The position numbers and the translations under genes are program-made. Positions 56,743 to 64,000 of a DNA stretch of 64,000 nt are shown piece by piece (position 1 is the first letter of the stretch; each line of letters begins with the position of its first letter). The stretch comes from Gemmatimonadales bacterium (GTDB lineage Bacteria > Gemmatimonadota > Gemmatimonadetes > Gemmatimonadales > GWC2-71-9), in the NCBI GenBank assembly GCA_046327735.1, contig JAXLXZ010000007.1, positions 16,525-80,524 of the forward strand. Reading direction: 5' to 3'. The notes under the pieces are model-generated. The model saw nothing but the letters and a program-made list of their open reading frames with translations. It did not search any database and had not been told where the DNA came from.

Positions 56743-58169
56743 CGGCACCCGGCGGACGCCTCGCGGCGTCATTCCGGGATCCCGAGGGCTACGTCTTCCT
56801 GCACGCGGACCGGGTGTTCCGCGCGCTGGCCCCGGGATTCGTGCCGCTGCTCAGCGAGATCGAGCAGGGCGGTCTCCTGGCCACGCTGGTCCAGGACGGC
56901 CTCGTCGTTCCCTCCCACCGGGTGACCGACCCGGTCCTGCGGGCCGAGCTGCTGCGGCACCACCCCGAGGCAGCCGAGTTCGTCGAGCACCAGCGGATCG
57001 CGCCGATCACCTATCCCTATGAGTGGTCGGTCTCGATGCTGGCGGACGCCGGCGTCCTCACGCTCGACCTCCAGCTCCGGCTCCTCAAGCACCGGCTCTC
57101 CCTCAAGGACGCCACCGCCTACAACGTGCAGTTCCGGCAGGGGAAGCCGGTGTTCATCGACCTGACGTCGATCGAGCGCCCGGAACGGCTCGACATCTGG
57201 AAGGCGCTGGGGCAGTTCAACCAGATGTTCACCTTCCCGCTGCTGCTCAACCGGGAGCGGGGGTGGGACCTGCGGTCGTTCTTCCTGGGGAGCCTGGGGG
57301 GGCGGACGCTGGAGGACGTGGCGAAGAGCTTCGGCACGCTGGCGCGCTGGCGGCCGAGCCTGCTGCTCGACCTCACGCTGCCACTGCTGCTGGGACGCCG
57401 GGTGGAGAAGCAGGCCCCGGCGGAGAGCCGCGCCGCCACGGCGCCGAAGGGGGCCACCTCGCCGGACGCGCAGCGGGCGAATCTCGGCCGCCTCAAGAAC
57501 AAGCTCCGGGCGCTCGCCGCCGACTACAAGCCCTCCGGTGTCTGGGCCGGCTACACCGCGACCTGCACCTACGACGCGTCAGCCTCGAATGCGAAGCGGG
57601 ACCTGGTGGGGCGCTGCCTCGAGCGGGCCAGGCCGCGCCAGGTGCTCGACCTCGGCTGCAACACCGGGGAGTACAGCTACCTCGCGGCCGCGAGCGGGGC
57701 GAGCGTGATCGCGGTGGACCAGGATCACGACGCGATCGAGATGCTCTATCGCCGGCTGCGGAAGGAGCCGGCGGCGATCACGCCGATGGTGGCCGACCTC
57801 TCGCACCCGAGCCCGGGCATCGGGTTCCGCAACACCGAGCGCGATCCGCTGCTCGCCCGGGTGGAGTCGGACCTGGTGCTCGCCCTGGCGCTCCTGCACC
57901 ACCTGCTGGTGAGCGCGAACCTCTCGCTCCCCGCCGCGCGCGACCTGCTCTTCGACCTGAGCCGGGACGCGGTGGTCCTCGAGTTCGTCCCGATCGACGA
58001 CCCGATGTTCCAGCGGCTGCTCCGCTTCCGGAGCGAAGACTTCAGCTGGCTCACGCTCGACCACTGCCGCGCGGTGCTGGCGGAGCGATTCACGGTGGTG
58101 GACGAGCAGCCGGTGCCGGGCACCCCGCGGACCCTCTTCTTCCTGCGCAAACGGGGCGGACCGGCCTGA
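56739..58169 (+). CDS. Class I SAM-dependent methyltransferase with large N-terminal domain (NoeA-like)
   Basis: C-terminal VLDLGCNTGEYS (motif I) ...VIAVDQD...LALALLHHL. The N-terminal ~300 aa are uncharacterised. Confidence 0.75.
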   Translation: MTAPGGRLAASFRDPEGYVFLHADRVFRALAPGFVPLLSEIEQGGLLATLVQDGLVVPSHRVTDPVLRAELLRHHPEAAEFVEHQRIAPITYPYEWSVSMLADAGVLTLDLQLRLLKHRLSLKDATAYNVQFRQGKPVFIDLTSIERPERLDIWKALGQFNQMFTFPLLLNRERGWDLRSFFLGSLGGRTLEDVAKSFGTLARWRPSLLLDLTLPLLLGRRVEKQAPAESRAATAPKGATSPDAQRANLGRLKNKLRALAADYKPSGVWAGYTATCTYDASASNAKRDLVGRCLERARPRQVLDLGCNTGEYSYLAAASGASVIAVDQDHDAIEMLYRRLRKEPAAITPMVADLSHPSPGIGFRNTERDPLLARVESDLVLALALLHHLLVSANLSLPAARDLLFDLSRDAVVLEFVPIDDPMFQRLLRFRSEDFSWLTLDHCRAVLAERFTVVDEQPVPGTPRTLFFLRKRGGPA

Positions 58170-59716
58170 TGGATGCAGGGCGGCTCGGGCGGGCGGCGGC
58201 GACCGCGCTGGTCCTGGGGACCGCGCTCAGCGGCCGGCAGATCGCATCCTGGACCACGCCCCGCAACCGCTGGGATTATTTCTGGCAGCGGAGCGATTCG
58301 GTCGACCTGATCCTCGCGGTGCTGCTCCTGTCCGCGCTCCTGTTCGCGGGCGGGCTCCTGCTCTCCCGCTGGCGGGTGACCCGGGAGCGCCGGGTGCATG
58401 AGCTCGCGATCGTAGTTGCGATCGTCGCGGCCATCCTTTCGCAGTTCCCGGCGCTGGGCAAGGACACCACGCTGACGCGCGCCGCCCTGGTGTGGGCCGG
58501 GGTGGCGGTGGTCGTGGGGCTCCTCTGGTGGACGTGGCGGGACCGGCTGGCGCGCGGGGCCCGGGCCCTCTGCCTCATCATGGTTCCGCTGGTCCCCATC
58601 CTCTTCCTCCAGATCCTCTCCTGGAAATCGTGGGACATCCGCACCGAGGGCACCGGGCCGATGCCCCAGGCAGCAAACGGCACCGGCCGGCCGCTGGTGG
58701 TCTTCGTCATCTTCGACGAGTGGTCGTGGTTCCGGCTCGCGCCCGCGGGGATGCCGGCCGAGGATTTCCCCAACGCGCGGCGGCTGGCTTCGCAATCGGT
58801 GCTGGTGACGGAGGCGCGGTCGGCGGGACCGGCGACACGCTACGCGATCCCGCGGCTCCTCTTCGAACGGCATGGCGAGGTGGTGCCGGGCAACGGGGAA
58901 GCGAGGTGGCAGGACACGGCGGGGACGGTGCCGTCCGCGGAGGTGCCGTCGATCTTCGACCGCCTGCACCGGCTGGGCTATCGCTCCTCCGTGACCGGCT
59001 TCTACATCAACTATCGCGGCCTGCTGGGCGCCGATGGGCCGGACCAGGCCTGGAGCCGCTCCTACACCTACAAGCGCAGCACCCGGCCCGAGGAAGTCGG
59101 GCTGATGCTGCTGCAGAACCTGCAGCACTGGACCGACCCGCTGAGCCAGGCGCTGTGGACGCCGCTCTCCACCGCGGTGTACAGCGACAGCTGGGTGACG
59201 CTCTTCCGGTCGATGCGGGAACGGGCCCTGGCCTCGCTGGCGAGCGAACCGGACAACACCTTCCTGCTCCTGCACCTGCCCCTGCCCCACGCACCCTTCG
59301 TCTTCAACGCCGACGGCAGCTTCCGCGGCCGCTACCAAGGCATGCGGATGTCGGAGGATACGGCCGGATATCACCGGCACCTCCAGTATGCCGATCACGT
59401 GCTGGGAGAAATCCTCCAGACCCTCGACAGCACCGGGCGCTTCGACCAGAGCCTGGTGGTGGTCACCTCCGATCATTCGTGGCGCAAGGAACCGGACAGC
59501 GCGCTGACCCGGCTGCCGGATGCCGGCCTCCGGGTGCCGCTGCTGGTGAAGTGGCCGGGGCAGAAGACCGCGATGGTGAGCGGCGAGCCGTTCTGCGCGC
59601 TGGGGCTGTGGCCGGTGATCGAAGCCGCGATCGATGGCCCGGCGCCGCCGCCGATGAGCGATTCGCTCTGGCTGTCGATCTCGCGGGCGGGACGGGAGAA
59701 GCGGTGCCGGGTGTGA
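58169..59716 (+). CDS. Membrane-anchored sulfatase / alkaline-phosphatase-superfamily protein
   Basis: TGATG junction. About 5 N-terminal TM helices. VVFVIFDEWSW and VVVTSDHSW resemble the metal-binding and SDH motifs of the superfamily. Confidence 0.65.
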   Translation: MDAGRLGRAAATALVLGTALSGRQIASWTTPRNRWDYFWQRSDSVDLILAVLLLSALLFAGGLLLSRWRVTRERRVHELAIVVAIVAAILSQFPALGKDTTLTRAALVWAGVAVVVGLLWWTWRDRLARGARALCLIMVPLVPILFLQILSWKSWDIRTEGTGPMPQAANGTGRPLVVFVIFDEWSWFRLAPAGMPAEDFPNARRLASQSVLVTEARSAGPATRYAIPRLLFERHGEVVPGNGEARWQDTAGTVPSAEVPSIFDRLHRLGYRSSVTGFYINYRGLLGADGPDQAWSRSYTYKRSTRPEEVGLMLLQNLQHWTDPLSQALWTPLSTAVYSDSWVTLFRSMRERALASLASEPDNTFLLLHLPLPHAPFVFNADGSFRGRYQGMRMSEDTAGYHRHLQYADHVLGEILQTLDSTGRFDQSLVVVTSDHSWRKEPDSALTRLPDAGLRVPLLVKWPGQKTAMVSGEPFCALGLWPVIEAAIDGPAPPPMSDSLWLSISRAGREKRCRV

Positions 59717-59738
59717 GTGGCAGGGCGGTGAAGCGGCA

Positions 59739-59866
59739 GAGCCGGGAGGGCGGAGCGGGAGCGGGGGCTCCGCGGAACTGACGTTCGCTCTCCGGCACCC
59801 ACCTCGCGCGGGATGGGCTCACTGACGTTCCGCTCCGCCCCCGCCCCCGCTCCGCCCTCCCGGCTC
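59739..59866. repeat. GC-rich long hairpin with GGAGCGG-type repeats
   Basis: GAGCCGGGAGGGCGGAGCGGGAGCGGGGGC (from 59739) pairs with GCCCCCGCCCCCGCTCCGCCCTCCCGGCTC (to 59866). ACTGACGTTC is present as a direct repeat at 59777 and 59821. Confidence 0.75.
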
Positions 59867-59919
59867 CTCCCTGCTCCTGGCCCTCTGTTTTCCGAAACCA
59901 CCACGAAGGGAAAAACAAA

Positions 59920-59941
59920 CCGCGCCGATCGCTCGGCGCGG
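59920..59941. terminator. Bidirectional terminator-like hairpin
   Basis: CCGCGCCGA-tcgc-TCGGCGCGG, flanked by AAAAACAAA upstream and GGTTTT a few nt downstream. Lies between the convergent sulfatase-like and ADH genes. Confidence 0.6.
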
Positions 59942-59982
59942 CCCCGGTTTTCTGACACGGCCAGTTGAGTGTGATGAGTTCC

Positions 59983-60005
59983 CGCTCACCGCTCACCGCT
60001 CACGC
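59983..60005. repeat. (CGCTCAC)x3 heptamer array
   Basis: The same heptamer (reverse complement of GGTGAGC) as the array at 38067-38140. Confidence 0.8.
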
Positions 60006-60020
60006 TTTTCCTCTGCCCGC

Positions 60021-61118
60021 CTACCCCAGCGTCGCGTTGTCAATCACGAAGCGGTACTTCACGTCGCTCTTGAGCATCCGCTCGTAGGCTTCGTTGATCT
60101 TCTGGATCGGGATGAGCTCGATGTCCGAGACGATGGCATGCTCGGCACAGAAGTCGAGCATCTCCTGGGTCTCCCGGATCCCGCCGATGAGCGAGCCCGC
60201 GAGCGAGCGGCGGCGCATGATGAGGTTGAAGGCGCTGGGTGACGGGTGCGGCCGGTCGGGCACGCCGACGAGGCACATCGTCCCGTCCCGCTTGAGCAGC
60301 GTGAGGTAGGCGTCGAGGTTGTGGGGCGCCGCGACGGTATTCAGGATGAAGTCGAGCCGGTTGGCGTGCCGCTTCATCGCCTCCGGGTTCTTCGTGATCA
60401 CCACGTCCTCGGCGCCGAAGCGGCGGGCATCCTGCTCCTTGCCGGGTGAGGTGGTGAAGAGCACGGGGTGAGCTCCGAACGCCTTGGCGAACTTGAGCGC
60501 CATGTGGCCGAGGCCGCCCAGGCCCACGATACCGACATGGTCACCCTTCCCCACCTTCCAGTGCCGGAGCGGCGAGTACGTGGTGATGCCGGCGCAGAGG
60601 AGCGGCGCCGCGGCGGCGGCATCGAGCGTCGGAGAGACCCGGAGCACGAAATCCTGGTCGACCACGACGCGATCGGAGTAGCCGCCGTAGGTCATCCCGC
60701 CGAGGATCGGGTCGGGGCTGTTGTAGGTGAAGATCCCGCCGCCGTTGCAGAACTGTTCTTCCCCCGCCCTGCAGTTCTCGCAGGTCCGGCAGGAATCGAC
60801 CATGCAGCCCACCGCGGCGAGTTCGCCGGGCACGAACTTCGAGACGGCACTGCCCACCGCCACGACCTTGCCGACGATCTCGTGGCCCGGCACGATCGGG
60901 AAGGTGGAGCCGGCCCATTCGTCGCGGGCCTGGTGCAGGTCGGAGTGACAGACGCCGCAGTACTGGATCTCGATATGTACGTCCTTCGGCCCGGGGGTCC
61001 GGCGCTCGAAGGAGAATGGCGTGAGCGGACTGGTGGAGCTCTGGGCCGCGAAGCCCTTCGCGGCGATCCGGGTGCCGGCGGCCGCGGTGCGCGACGCCTG
61101 GGTGCTGGGTGTGCTCAT
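60021..61118 (-). CDS. Zinc-dependent NAD(P) alcohol dehydrogenase (YahK / cinnamyl-ADH-like)
   Basis: GVCHSDLH, GHEIVGKV, structural Zn site CRTCENCRAGEEQFC, GLGGLGH Rossmann motif. Confidence 0.9.
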   Translation of the reverse strand: MSTPSTQASRTAAAGTRIAAKGFAAQSSTSPLTPFSFERRTPGPKDVHIEIQYCGVCHSDLHQARDEWAGSTFPIVPGHEIVGKVVAVGSAVSKFVPGELAAVGCMVDSCRTCENCRAGEEQFCNGGGIFTYNSPDPILGGMTYGGYSDRVVVDQDFVLRVSPTLDAAAAAPLLCAGITTYSPLRHWKVGKGDHVGIVGLGGLGHMALKFAKAFGAHPVLFTTSPGKEQDARRFGAEDVVITKNPEAMKRHANRLDFILNTVAAPHNLDAYLTLLKRDGTMCLVGVPDRPHPSPSAFNLIMRRRSLAGSLIGGIRETQEMLDFCAEHAIVSDIELIPIQKINEAYERMLKSDVKYRFVIDNATLG

Positions 61119-61264
61119 GAGGCCATCCCCCGTGTTGGTGTGCTTCCCATCCCCTGCCATGGCGGGGGCGCCACCAGTCCGCCTGGTGTCGCTCCCGGAT
61201 CATCTATTAGGAAAGCTGGAAGGCTCCGGGTCAAGACTCCCGGAAGCCCGGATGAACCTCTTCC

Positions 61265-62686
61265 CTAGGCGGGAAGCGTGGTGCCGGCGTACAGGGCGAT
61301 CCGAAGGGGGCGGGAAGGTTCGACAACGCTCTCCAGGATCACCCGGACCCGCAGGACCGGGGTCGGGGCCACCGCCTGCAACCGGCGGTAGCCGATGGTG
61401 GTGCCACGCGCGAGCTGGCGCCACCCCTGCCGGGTGAGTCCCTCCACCCGGTACTGCGCCACCCGCTGCCCCTCGGCGATCTCCTCGCGGAGATCCACCA
61501 GCCCCACCACCTGTTCACGGTCCAGGATCACCTCGCCCACCAGCTGGTCGGCGGCGTTCTTCGCCCAGCCTGGCTTGCGGCCCTTCGCGAGATCGTCATG
61601 AAAGATCGCATCGAGGGCGCCACGCACCTCGGCAAGCCGCGAGACATCGGTGGCATGCAGCAGCCCCTCGCGCGTCGGCGGGACGTTGAGGAGCAGCTTC
61701 GAATTGCGTCCCACCGAGGCGAAGTAGAGCCGGACCAGTTCGTCGACCGGCTTGACCTTGTCGTCCTCGGCGGGATGATAGAACCAGCCGGGACGGATGG
61801 AGGTATCGCTCTCGCCGGGGCGCCAGACGCTTCCCTCGGGAGAACCGTGCTGCAGGGCGGAGATGATGTCGGGGCCGTCGGCACCGGGGAACGGCACCGC
61901 CGCGGGATCGATGGTCGACCAGCAGGGATCGCCGGCCTCGCCCTTCTCGTTGCCGATCCAGCGCACGTCGGGGCCCGCGTCCGAGAAGATCACCGCATCG
62001 GGCTGGAGTCGCTTCACGTGGCCGAAGAAGCGGGGCCAGTCGTAGACCTGCTTCTTCCCTTTGGGCCCTTCGCCGTTGGCGCCGTCGAACCAGACCTCGG
62101 CCAGCGGACCGTAGTTGCCGAGCAGCTCGCTCAGCTGGGCCAGGTACATCTCGTTGTAGGCGGGGGAATCTCCGTAGGCCGGGGCGTTGCGGTCCCACGG
62201 CGAGCAGTAGAGGCCGGGCCGGAGCCCCTCGGCGCGGCAGGCATCGACGAACTCCCGGACCACATCGCCCTGGCCGCCCTTCCAGGGGCTGCTCGCCACC
62301 GAGTGCCGGCTCGTGGCGGTGGGCCAGAGGCAGAAGCCGTCGTGATGCTTGGCGGTGAGGATGAGGGACGTGAAGCCGCCCGCCCTGGCGGCCCGCGCCC
62401 ACTGCCGCGCATCAAGAGATGCGGGGGTGAAGATCGCGGGTGACTCGGTGCCTTCCCCCCACTCACGATCGGTGAAGGTGTTCACCCCGAAGTGCACGAA
62501 GAGCGCCATTTCGTCCTGCTGCCAGCGCAGCTGCGCGGGCGTCGGGCGGGGCCGGCGGGGACCTGACCGATCTGTCACCCGCGCGACCCAGGGTGACACG
62601 GCGAGCGCCGCGGCGGCGGCAGACAGAAAGTCCCGGCGGGGAAGGGACGCGCAGTGTGTGCGGGGCATGGTCGCAAGGTGCGTCAT
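61265..62686 (-). CDS. Alpha-L-fucosidase (GH29), Tat-signal
   Basis: RRDFLSAAAAALA twin-arginine signal. FGVNTFTDREWG, ILTAKHHDGFCLWPT, VWFDGANGEG. Confidence 0.85.
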   Translation of the reverse strand: MTHLATMPRTHCASLPRRDFLSAAAAALAVSPWVARVTDRSGPRRPRPTPAQLRWQQDEMALFVHFGVNTFTDREWGEGTESPAIFTPASLDARQWARAARAGGFTSLILTAKHHDGFCLWPTATSRHSVASSPWKGGQGDVVREFVDACRAEGLRPGLYCSPWDRNAPAYGDSPAYNEMYLAQLSELLGNYGPLAEVWFDGANGEGPKGKKQVYDWPRFFGHVKRLQPDAVIFSDAGPDVRWIGNEKGEAGDPCWSTIDPAAVPFPGADGPDIISALQHGSPEGSVWRPGESDTSIRPGWFYHPAEDDKVKPVDELVRLYFASVGRNSKLLLNVPPTREGLLHATDVSRLAEVRGALDAIFHDDLAKGRKPGWAKNAADQLVGEVILDREQVVGLVDLREEIAEGQRVAQYRVEGLTRQGWRQLARGTTIGYRRLQAVAPTPVLRVRVILESVVEPSRPLRIALYAGTTLPA

Positions 62687-62792
62687 CCCTGCGGGGGATG
62701 CAATCCTCCCGGGTCTTCGCGAATCCTTCTCCCGCGTGATCCGTCGTTGGCGCCATGGGTGGAGTCGCAGGTCTGAGCGGAGGAGTGGGAGC

Positions 62793-63950
62793 ATGACGAG
62801 CGCGGAACGGATTCCGGTGGTGGTGGTCGGCGGCGGCCAGGCGGGACTGGCGGTGGGGTACTACCTGCAGCAGGCGCGCATGCCGTTCGTGATCCTCGAG
62901 GCGGGCCGGCGGGTCGGGGACAGCTGGCGGGAGCGGTGGGACTCGCTCCGGCTCTTCAGTCCGTCCTTCTACGACGGCCTGCCGGGGATGCGCTTTCCGG
63001 GGCCGGCGTTCACCTGGCCGACCAAGGACCAGATGGCCGACTACCTCGAGCAGTACGCCGGCGCCTTTCAGCTGCCGGTGCGCTTCGGCGCGAGGGTCAC
63101 CCACATCCGCCGGCAGGACAACGGCTACCTGGTGCAGACCACCGGCGGCGATTTCCTCGCGGGCCAGGTGGTGATCGCGATGAGCAGCTACCGGGCGCCG
63201 CGGATTCCGCGCTTCGCCGACCAGCTCGACAGCGGCATCCTCCAGGTCCACTCGCACAACTACCGGAACCCGGCGCAGCTCCATCCGGGGCCGGTGCTGG
63301 TGGTGGGCGCGGGGAATTCCGGCGCCGACATCGCGATGGACCTGGTCGCCACGCGGCCGACCTGGCTCGCCGGCCGGGAGGTCGGCCACATCCCCTTCCG
63401 GATCGAGACGCCGCAGGCGCGCTACCTCCTGGTGCACGCGGTGCGATTCGTCGGTCACATGGTCCTGACGGTCGACACACCGATGGGGCGGAAGGCGCGG
63501 CCGAAGATGCTGCACGCCGCGACGCCGCTGGTGCGGATCAAGCCGCGCGACCTGGTGAAGGCGGGCGTGCAGCGGGTGCCGCGGGTGACGGGCGCGGTGC
63601 ACGGCAAGCCGCAGCTCGAGGACGGCCGGGTGCTGGAGGTGAGCAACGTCGTCTGGTCCACCGGGTATCAGCAGGACTGGTCGTGGATCGACCTGCCGAT
63701 CTTCGATGCCAATGGCGAGCCGCGGCACGAGAAGGGGACCGTCGAGGAGGCACCGGGGTTCTACTTCGTCGGGCTCCATTTCCAGTACAGCGCCACCTCG
63801 GCGACGGTGAACGGCGTGGGGCGGGATGCGCGCCGGGTGGTGCGCGAGATCGTCGGCACGGGGGCGGGAGGCGCGATCATGCAGCCCGTCTCCCTCCGTG
63901 AGCGTCGATGGAAACCCGCCCCCCTGGCCGCGGCGGTCTCCCGGTCCTGA
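62793..63950 (+). CDS. FAD/NAD(P)-dependent oxidoreductase (flavin monooxygenase / CzcO-like)
   Basis: VVVVGGGQAGLA and VLVVGAGNSGADIA dinucleotide motifs. Has FYFVGLHFQY rather than the canonical FxGxxxHxxxY. Confidence 0.85.
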   Translation: MTSAERIPVVVVGGGQAGLAVGYYLQQARMPFVILEAGRRVGDSWRERWDSLRLFSPSFYDGLPGMRFPGPAFTWPTKDQMADYLEQYAGAFQLPVRFGARVTHIRRQDNGYLVQTTGGDFLAGQVVIAMSSYRAPRIPRFADQLDSGILQVHSHNYRNPAQLHPGPVLVVGAGNSGADIAMDLVATRPTWLAGREVGHIPFRIETPQARYLLVHAVRFVGHMVLTVDTPMGRKARPKMLHAATPLVRIKPRDLVKAGVQRVPRVTGAVHGKPQLEDGRVLEVSNVVWSTGYQQDWSWIDLPIFDANGEPRHEKGTVEEAPGFYFVGLHFQYSATSATVNGVGRDARRVVREIVGTGAGGAIMQPVSLRERRWKPAPLAAAVSRS

Positions 63951-64000
63951 GCGACCCGCGTTGGCATCTCGCGATTCCCGCGACCTCCCGCCCCGAGCGG

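Overview
This is a 64-kb window of a very GC-rich bacterial chromosome. By eye, GC is about 70% in genes and clearly lower in a few intergenic patches. I support about 60 protein-coding genes and saw no rRNA, tRNA, CRISPR array, transposase, integrase or prophage gene.

Gene content, in order:
- a GntR regulator and a CBS-domain protein
- three ECF sigma / zinc-finger anti-sigma modules
- a multi-PAS hybrid histidine kinase
- a TetR-controlled OMF-MFP-RND efflux operon, then OsmC
- a 1192-aa BTAD / Ser-Thr kinase / TolB-propeller fusion
- peptidoglycan-remodelling genes: two L,D-transpeptidases, a YcbK/MepK-like M15 peptidase and a VanX-like dipeptidase
- HemJ and a DPP-IV-type S9 peptidase
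- a tesA / ybbA / ybbP-like trio, FabI, and a caa3-type cytochrome oxidase operon
- GreA plus an orphan GroES-like gene
- a Cus/Czc-type heavy-metal RND operon with a divergent sigma / anti-sigma / DUF2892 unit
- MoeB-rhodanese and amt-glnK
- a TonB-like protein, then a small membrane protein / methyltransferase / sulfatase-like trio
- a Zn-dependent alcohol dehydrogenase, a GH29 fucosidase and a flavoprotein oxidoreductase

The content fits a soil Gemmatimonadota- or Acidobacteriota-like organism. That assignment is inference only.

The most unusual signals are non-coding:
1. An exact head-to-tail duplication of a ~300-bp, low-GC, highly structured module fills the ldtD-like / moeB-like divergent gap (51814-52411). 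Each copy has ~34-nt bipartite inverted repeats, phased heptads, a 13-mer repeated four times, and a 36-nt hypervariable core in otherwise near-identical copies.
2. A REP-like hairpin family (GTCATCCCGAGG...CCTCGGGATGAC) occurs at four loci.
3. Many 3' intergenic regions share one architecture. Locus-specific 7-8-nt tandem repeats sit as inverted arrays around an inner hairpin, and several ORF ends and one operon interior run into them.

Protein-level curiosities:
- two short soluble RsrA-like anti-sigma factors, one followed by a paralog that has lost all zinc ligands
- a Cys/His/Met-rich secreted protein upstream of cusCBA
- likely CTG start codons in two genes
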